In this document: positions 14,281-21,227 of the stretch, piece by piece
Numbering within the stretch: position 1 is the stretch's first letter
Layout of the letters: each line of letters begins with the position of its first letter
Source: Fimbriosthenelais zetlandica
Taxonomy: Eukaryota
Length of the DNA stretch: 64,000 bases
Direction of reading: 5' to 3'
Assembly: GCA_977030845.1 (NCBI GenBank)
Contig: OZ365114.1
Span: 10,912,001-10,976,000, forward strand
Program-made: the position numbers and the translations under genes
The notes under the pieces: model-generated
Seen by the model: the letters and a program-made list of their open reading frames with translations, nothing else
Databases searched by the model: none
Told to the model about the DNA's origin: nothing

Positions 14281-14570
14281 CTTGCTGTTCTCTTGCTGTT
14301 GCCACTCTCTCTTGCTCCTGCCACTCTGTCTTGCCGCTGCTGTCGCCCTCTCTTGTTCCTGCCACTCACTCTTGCTGCTGCTGTCGCCCTCTCTTGTTTC
14401 TGACACTCACTCTTGCTGCTGCTGTCGCCCTCTCTTGTTTCTGACACTCACTCTTGCTGCTGCTGTCGCCCTCTCTTGTTCCTGCAACTCACTCTTGCTG
14501 CTGCTGTCGCCCTCTCTTGCTGCTGCCACTTTCTCTTGCTGCTGCCCTCTCGTACTGCTGCTGCTGCTGA
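14281..14570. repeat. 41-bp minisatellite (two ~20-bp CTCTTG subunits)
   Basis: About 4-5 near-identical copies of CTCTTGCTGCTGCTGTCGCCCTCTCTTGTT(T/C)CTG(A/C)CACTCA with degenerate monomeric flanks. Confidence 0.9.
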
Positions 14571-14649
14571 AAATTCGCTAAACCATGTCGAAGAACCAGA
14601 AAACCAATTTGTGCACCTGATAATTATTAGTTAAAAGTGCTAAAAGGGA

Positions 14650-14727
14650 GAAAGCATAGTCCCAAAGGGGATTCGGAAAGCATAGGCCCATAGGGGATTC
14701 GGAAAGCATAGTCCCAAAGGGGATTCG
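14650..14727. repeat. 26-bp tandem repeat x3
   Basis: GAAAGCATAGTCCCAAAGGGGATTCG at 14650, 14676 (2 substitutions) and 14702. Confidence 0.9.
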
Positions 14728-15270
14728 CCCAGGGAGAAAGCATGTCATAGTTCCATTCGAACCCAGTACCTTTGGGTTTCAAATGCAACACTCTCCCACA
14801 AGGGCTGTCAAGGACAAATTGGTGTAGGCTTCCCCAAAAGATAGTTATGTAATCCCAGGTAAAGCTGTTTGAGTGACACCCATAGCTTCCATAAAAATGC
14901 TATATTCAATCCCACACATCGTTAACAGTCCTTTGTGTACTCGTCCTATTTCCATGTGCTGAAGTAGGGGTGAAGAAGTATACCAAGCAGTTTTGTTTGA
15001 ACTCGCTCAAATATAAACGTAAAAAGTGTAAGTTTACATTGGAAGACAATGGTACAACGTGAGAGGGCCTTTACAGTAAGAATTGACTGCATGGTATATA
15101 GTATAGAATACATTCGTAGGTTCGAACAGGGCATTTAGGGACCATTAATGGTACTTCGTGGGTTAAAATAAGGAAATATTTCAGACCTAAAAGGGTAACT
15201 TGGGATGGAAGACACATATGGGCATTAAATTTGGGGGTCTCCATCTGGATCCGCCCATTAAAACAGGACC

Positions 15271-15297
15271 ATTCACACTGTCTTTTCATTTTTGCAG
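15271..15297 (+). promoter_or_regulatory. Putative splice acceptor upstream of the 282-aa CDS (intron in 5' UTR)
   Basis: TTCAC branch-like motif, pyrimidine tract ctgtcttttcatttttgCAG ending at 15297; 54 nt of leader before the ATG. Confidence 0.6.
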
Positions 15298-15351
15298 ATA
15301 TTTGATATTTAAATCAATTGAGTGGCGGAATAAGCAGTAGCGTATATAGCC

Positions 15352-16200
15352 ATGGTCAACGATACAGTACATCTCATCTTGGTGGCTTTAGGCGCCGCTG
15401 CAGGCCTAGCCATCATAATCTTCATTGTAGCCTGCATCTGTATCGGACTATGTGGGAGAGCGCCCATGGCGCGACAAGGAGCCCTATGGTCCGAATCAGA
15501 AGAGAACACCAAAGTCTGCTGCTGGATGCAATGCACAGATGGCTGGTTTGGGAAAAAGAAACCCAGACTTTCTGAAGATGAGGGGAGAGGGGACAGAAGG
15601 GGTTCTAGTACCAGGAGAGGAAGCCGGGAGAGGAGAGATAGTGAAGGAGATAGGAGGGGGAGCAACGCAGGTCGACGAGAAAGCAACGCCGACCGCAAAG
15701 CCAGCAACGCCGGGAGGAAAGAAAGCAATGCAGGACGACGAGGAAGTCATTCAGCAAGAAGAGAAAGTAACGCTGACAGAAAAGAAAGCAACGCTGGAAG
15801 GAGGGAAAGCAACGCAGCAAAGAAAGAAGATCGGAAAGAAAGCAATGCAGGGCGACGAGAAAGTAATGCGGATCGAAGAGAAAGCAACGCGGGGAGGAGA
15901 GAAAGCGCTGCTGGCAGAAGAGAAAGCAACGCAGATCGCCGTGGGAGTAACGCGGGGAGGAAAGAAAGCAACGCTGACAGGAGAGAAAGGCTTGACAGTA
16001 GCAGTGGTAGGAAGTACAGCAGCAGCAGCTGGGTGGAGTCGCCGACTGCTCGACGAAGAGAGAGTGACGCGGGCAGAACCTTGTATGAGACGAATGCTGG
16101 CCACAAGAGAAAGATGCTAGCGGAAGAGGAAGTTAACATTCTCATAACAGATGACGATACTTTTTTGAATAATGTGCCTCATAAAATTATACAGATTTAG
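15352..16200 (+). CDS. Uncharacterised single-pass (signal-anchor) membrane protein with cytosolic R-[RK]-x-S heptad repeat array, 282 aa
   Basis: 849-bp ORF; GCCATGG start context; in-frame TAA upstream (15310-15312); hydrophobic segment aa ~8-33 (LILVALGAAAGLAIIIFIVACICIGL); 15 heptads [GDA]R[RK]xS[NHA][AS] at aa 100-208 with synonymous codon variation but conserved residues; upstream splice acceptor and downstream AATAAA. Confidence 0.82.
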   Translation: MVNDTVHLILVALGAAAGLAIIIFIVACICIGLCGRAPMARQGALWSESEENTKVCCWMQCTDGWFGKKKPRLSEDEGRGDRRGSSTRRGSRERRDSEGDRRGSNAGRRESNADRKASNAGRKESNAGRRGSHSARRESNADRKESNAGRRESNAAKKEDRKESNAGRRESNADRRESNAGRRESAAGRRESNADRRGSNAGRKESNADRRERLDSSSGRKYSSSSWVESPTARRRESDAGRTLYETNAGHKRKMLAEEEVNILITDDDTFLNNVPHKIIQI

Positions 16201-16214
16201 CATGACATTGCACA

Positions 16215-16220
16215 AATAAA
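16215..16220 (+). terminator. Candidate polyadenylation signal of the 282-aa gene
   Basis: AATAAA starting 15 nt after the stop codon; further AATAAA hexamers lie downstream, so usage is uncertain. Confidence 0.35.
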
Positions 16221-18057
16221 ATTCCAAAATATGCAAATGATCTTATAGCTTGTAGCCCTCAAAAGTGTTAAGTTCAAATGTTATGAAAGAAAAGCTTAGT
16301 TAGTTGAATATATTCTAGGCTTGTTGTGTTTCAAAGCATTCCAGAACGCTATTTCTTCCTCTTAACGTTTTCGGTTAGTTTCTGAATGTTAAATATATAA
16401 ATTTGGGAAATTCTGAAAGAGAATTTCAGTTAAAATAGTACATGTTTGGACAGCAACGTACAAAACAAACCAGGCTTACAAATTACAGAAGAGTTCATTC
16501 GGTTGTCTCAGGAAGAAAGAGAAGTAAAGGGTTGTATACGAGATTATGTTTTGGATTATTTTTAAGCCATATGAATGGCAATATTTGTGTACTGATGTTC
16601 CATAATGTTTGGACAAACACGTATGTACATTATTCATATATATCAATTTCAATTTTGTTGGTGTTTATATAATATCTGCTTGGTAGTTTATATGTGTAAC
16701 AATAGTTCTCATCATGTATAAATCTAGAAGATATACACACCGTCTTTTCGAGGCTAGTATTTCTGCAATGTAAGATAATTATCAGATAATATTCAGAAAT
16801 TTAGAAGGAAAAGAAACACACCTTAAAATGAAATTTAACAAAGTATTAGAGGTTGCTATCATAGTTTATTCTTACAAGAAAATATTCACAAAGTGACACA
16901 CAGGACAAAGTAGAACACAAATAACAATCAATGATATAATCACACGCTCATCTCAACAAAAATAAACTGATTCAGGTGTTTGACATCCTCAACAGACATT
17001 GAAAAAGTAATAAGGGGAAGGGCCCGCTAAATCCATTCTCCATTCGATCACCATCAGTTTTATAGTAGCCCAACAAATTCATATCAACTAAATACATGTG
17101 TCCACTATTTTTTATATTGCAATAGTTTGTTTGCAAGAATTAGAAATAATGACATACTGTAACTTAGTGTAACACCCTTGGAGTGTAAAAGATGTATTAA
17201 GTGGACTAGAATAAACTTAAATTTTAATTTAGATTTAAGAAAAGATCATTCATTCTTCTCGAGGGAATAAAGGAATTAGAGGAAAAAACAACCAATGTAC
17301 AAGGCTATGTATACAGCTGCTGTAAAGGAAATAAACTTCAATGTAAATTTCTTCGTATGTTTTTCTGTGAATGTATGAGCTTGACATAAATGTTACCATA
17401 CAGTCCACATATTATTCACTTTTCTAACAGAAAATACTGTTAGCTGGAAACAAAATGGGAACCTTACATTCACTTGTTCAACAGTTAAAATTCACAACCT
17501 GGTCAATTCTCGGAGCGAGAAATTGCCGCAATGTTTTGGAAGACAGTCTTTCAATTCAAGTGGTAAAAATAAAACTAAACTTTGTTTTTATGTGGTATAC
17601 ATTGATCTATATCGAGTTGTTCGATCTATATCGATTATAGGCTGATAATTATTTTGATTTCTGATCGTAATATTTAGACCACATAAGACAATGGTTCCGC
17701 TTTTTAAGCCAACTCTCATGTTCCTTTCCTCACTCACATATCTTCTCAACGCATTTCCAACAAGACTATAATAATATGTACAACATATCTTTACAACTCT
17801 GAGAGTAGAGCAAGTTTTTGTTCGAAAATTCATGGAGTTATTGATATAATCCGATCTAAACTCTAAAAGGATAACTACAGAACCAGATACAATTTGAAGA
17901 AATAAAATATCTAAATTAAGGAGGCTGAAAATACACACTAATGAAGGTTGGAAACCTGCTTGAAATGAATGAACAATGGCTTTACATGAGTAGAAGTGAA
18001 CGGTGCTGCCACCTGCCATGATTATGTCACACCAAAGCTTAACTGACAATAACCTTC

Positions 18058-18190
18058 CCTCAAAAGGCCCGGACCTGTCTCAAAACACTCAATCCTTTCC
18101 TCAAAAGACTCAATCGTTTCATCAAAAGACTCAATCCTGTCCTCAAAAGACTCAATCCTGTCCTTAAAAGACTCAATCCTGTCCCAAGAA
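18058..18190. repeat. 21-bp minisatellite (~5-6 copies)
   Basis: Consensus CCTCAAAAGACTCAATCCTGT. Confidence 0.9.
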
Positions 18191-18463
18191 GACCCAAAGT
18201 CCTGTCAAACAAAAATGACAGAGACGCCCACCATGTTATTCCTCCTATAGTTCATGTCCCTGCCGCTGATGGCGTCTCTGTTTGTTTACCCAGTTATGAC
18301 CAATCCAAGATGGCGGCCACGAATCAAAACTATGAAATATTATGCCTATTCACCTTTACATAACATTCATGAGAGGTTCTTTTTTTGATTAACCCAAATT
18401 TCGGAGATTATGGATGATGTCACAAGGTTTAAGGGTCGACAAAATGAACAGCACACAACTCAC

Positions 18464-18527
18464 ACTCCGCACAGTGTTGCTCCAGTCGTTCGCAACGAGG
18501 AACGACTGGAGCGCCACTGTGCGGAAT
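18464..18527. other. 28-bp inverted repeat (hairpin) with 8-nt loop
   Basis: ACTCCGCACAGTGTTGCTCCAGTCGTTC - GCAACGAG - GAACGACTGGAGCGCCACTGTGCGGAAT; 25/28 Watson-Crick pairs. Confidence 0.85.
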
Positions 18528-18571
18528 GTTCATACAACTCTGAGTCCGAATGAAACTGGTTTGACATGGGA

Positions 18572-18587
18572 ACACTAGGTGGCGCCA
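18572..18587 (+). promoter_or_regulatory. CTCF-like motif between the two convergent genes
   Basis: ACACTAGGTGGCGCCA versus consensus CCASYAGRKGGCRSY: only the first position mismatches. Confidence 0.4.
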
Positions 18588-21227
18588 CTGAGATACAAAG
18601 AACACCAGGAACGGTCAACGACGAAGCTCTTAGAATTTTGAATTACTTTGATGTATAACCAATAAAAAGGGACATATCCGAGGGAATAATACAAAAGAGA
18701 AAATAATAAAGACATAAATATAAACAGAATGGAATATCGTCCATTTCTCCGGTAGTCGACATCAAAAACAACTGACAAGACCATGTTCACATCAAATTTC
18801 TATTTTTCAGGAATATCCAAATAGAAAAGACAGTAATTTTTTTATGAGAAAAAAAAGGAATCATTTTATAGGAGATACAAAATTCAACATGGAAATCGGA
18901 GGGATACTGACTTTTGTCTCATTTGCAATATATAAAATCTATACATTATTTACACGACTTAATATTTTGTGACAATTCTTTTGGATGGTCAGACCTGACC
19001 GTGTTTTTAAAGTTTTACATCATAAAACTTTACGTACAAAGTAATTAATCCTTGTTTTGACATACTGGATTATAATTATGCACAGGTCTATACATTACAG
19101 TAACATACCATAAAATAACGTCCTTTTTACAGTGCTAAATACATGTAATAAGAAATCTCTATAAGCACCTTATGTCTCTAGTCACAAATGTCATAGTCCA
19201 TGAGCGGTTACCAAGGCAACTACCACTAAATTCAACTAATACGTCATCATGTTTTACCTTTGCAAGATACACGAGAATAATGACTTAATATCTTTGAAAA
19301 TATATAGCATAGACTATACATGATATTGTTTTAATACCTAGAATCTTATTTAAATAGTCTACTTTTTGAAGAACCGACAGACAATTAATTATTTAACCAT
19401 ATTTGAACCGCAAAAACAACCTTTGAATTCCCAGCAAATCATCGTTTTATTAAATATGAACCTTAAACGTAGTTAAAGCATCGTTGATATAGGGGCAACA
19501 TGTTAAATTATTCTAAATTAACACATGGCTAGAGTTGTGTTCAAATCAACTGTAGAATCGATAATAACTATTTCTGTTCTTAGTCGGCGGGCCAGTGATA
19601 TTAAATTCATATAAAATAAACTATTGATATTTATCAATTTTATTAAAGCAGTTTTTATAATAGAAAAATCGTATAAAGTTGACAAGCATGAGATATAAAG
19701 ATTATATAGCAGTTTTGATTCCAAACCATCTACAAACGGTAGGAGAATATGAAACAACTCCAGTACCATTCTTCAGAAAAGGCTGTCAAACAAAAATGAG
19801 ATTGAAACATTTGGTGCGGACATGTTAGTATTAATTTGGATGATACATGATCAGATTTCAAGGTATGAAATACTGCTGTGGAGATTTTTATTCAAAATGC
19901 AGCTCATCATTGACTGTTTCTCGTTTGATTAGGTTTTAAGAATGAGGCCAAAGTCGATAGCAACTTTCAGGGAGGAAAGACAAATATTTTGATACTTCAA
20001 TTTTAGTTCAAATCTTATGAAAACATCTATGAATCTTCTAAATATGAGATTCCGAAAGTCAAGACAATTTGTGGGTAAAGAAAAGAACTTGGAAGTTATA
20101 TTTCGGATGGTATTAATTCTTTACCTAGTTTCAAGAGGAAAGATTAGATTAAATTTACTCATGGTGATACAAGAGTAGGCCTATAATCTCAATGAAATTT
20201 GACCTTGGATCCAAGGTCATCACAGGTCCGCACCAAATGAATTCTGAACAGTAACAGTTCCCTTCCAAATAATGGTTTGATCACTTCCTATAGTTGTGCT
20301 TGAATTAATTCATAATATAATTTTAGAAGAGGAAAAAGGCAAAATAAAGAACTTCTAGAATTCCATGCCTGATTTGAAATAATCATATCTATAATAAACT
20401 GAAGACAAAAACCCTTAAATCTAGAAAACACACAGAGAGAAACCCAACCTATAATCTTACGGTAGAAGTGAGATGGTCAAGCATTGGTCTGTAACAACTT
20501 ATCTTAAATTTGTGAGTAAAATGAAAACATCAAGATCCTATAAAACTAATATTCAACCGGTCTGCAAACCAGATTTTGCCTAAATGTTAGCCAAATATGG
20601 CTACTTAAACTGTCATGAAGAGAACCAGTCCTGGTTCCAATCTAAAACTAAAATCCATGAATCCCTTAACGACGGTTCAAAAAACTAAAATATTTCAATA
20701 TTTGAACAACATTCAATCTTATGTAGCCACAACATCAAAACTTTGATGAACAAAGTAAATTCTAAAATACTTCCTGATATTTCTGTTTGTTCCCAGTATA
20801 CAGCGCACACAATTATTCAGATTATATATATCTTCCAGCTGAAGCAGCTTTTAAATCAAAAGGTTTGTCGTACAAGTAGTAAAAAAATCTTCTCTTAAAT
20901 CTAATTTTTCATGTTTGAAATGAATCAATCCAGCACACAAGCTCCTGACCAGCAGGAGCATAGAAAGCTGCTTTGAATATCATACTTTGGTTTAATATCA
21001 AATTTAAGATATTTCTTTTGGGTCAAATACCACTATTCAGTAGTACTTGAAAATACAGAAAATACAAAAATGTGTTGAATGAAATGGTACCAGCACCACC
21101 AATCCCTATAACAACCATATGTCACTCTTTTCCACACAGACAACTGTTGTATACAGAGCTAAATATATAGATCTATTTCTATATTTTCTATGTTCCCACT
21201 ACAGTTTCGTTCACTATGCATGACATG

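Noticed and set aside
14211-14634. Cys/Leu-rich ORFs across the 41-bp minisatellite
   Set aside because: A 41-bp unit shifts frame each copy, and all three frames give low-complexity text.
15452-16120. 222-aa overlapping ORF in another + frame (EEKAT repeats)
   Set aside because: Starts at GTG, and the substitutions that are silent in the 282-aa frame are non-synonymous here; a shadow of the repeat.
15309-16145. Several antisense ORFs over the 282-aa gene (LLPALLSL repeats)
   Set aside because: Reverse-complement shadows of a purine-rich repeat that lacks stop triplets.
17588-18049. 153-aa minus-strand ORF, possible decayed LINE RT fragment
   Set aside because: No recognisable catalytic motifs; composition matches AT-rich non-coding DNA.
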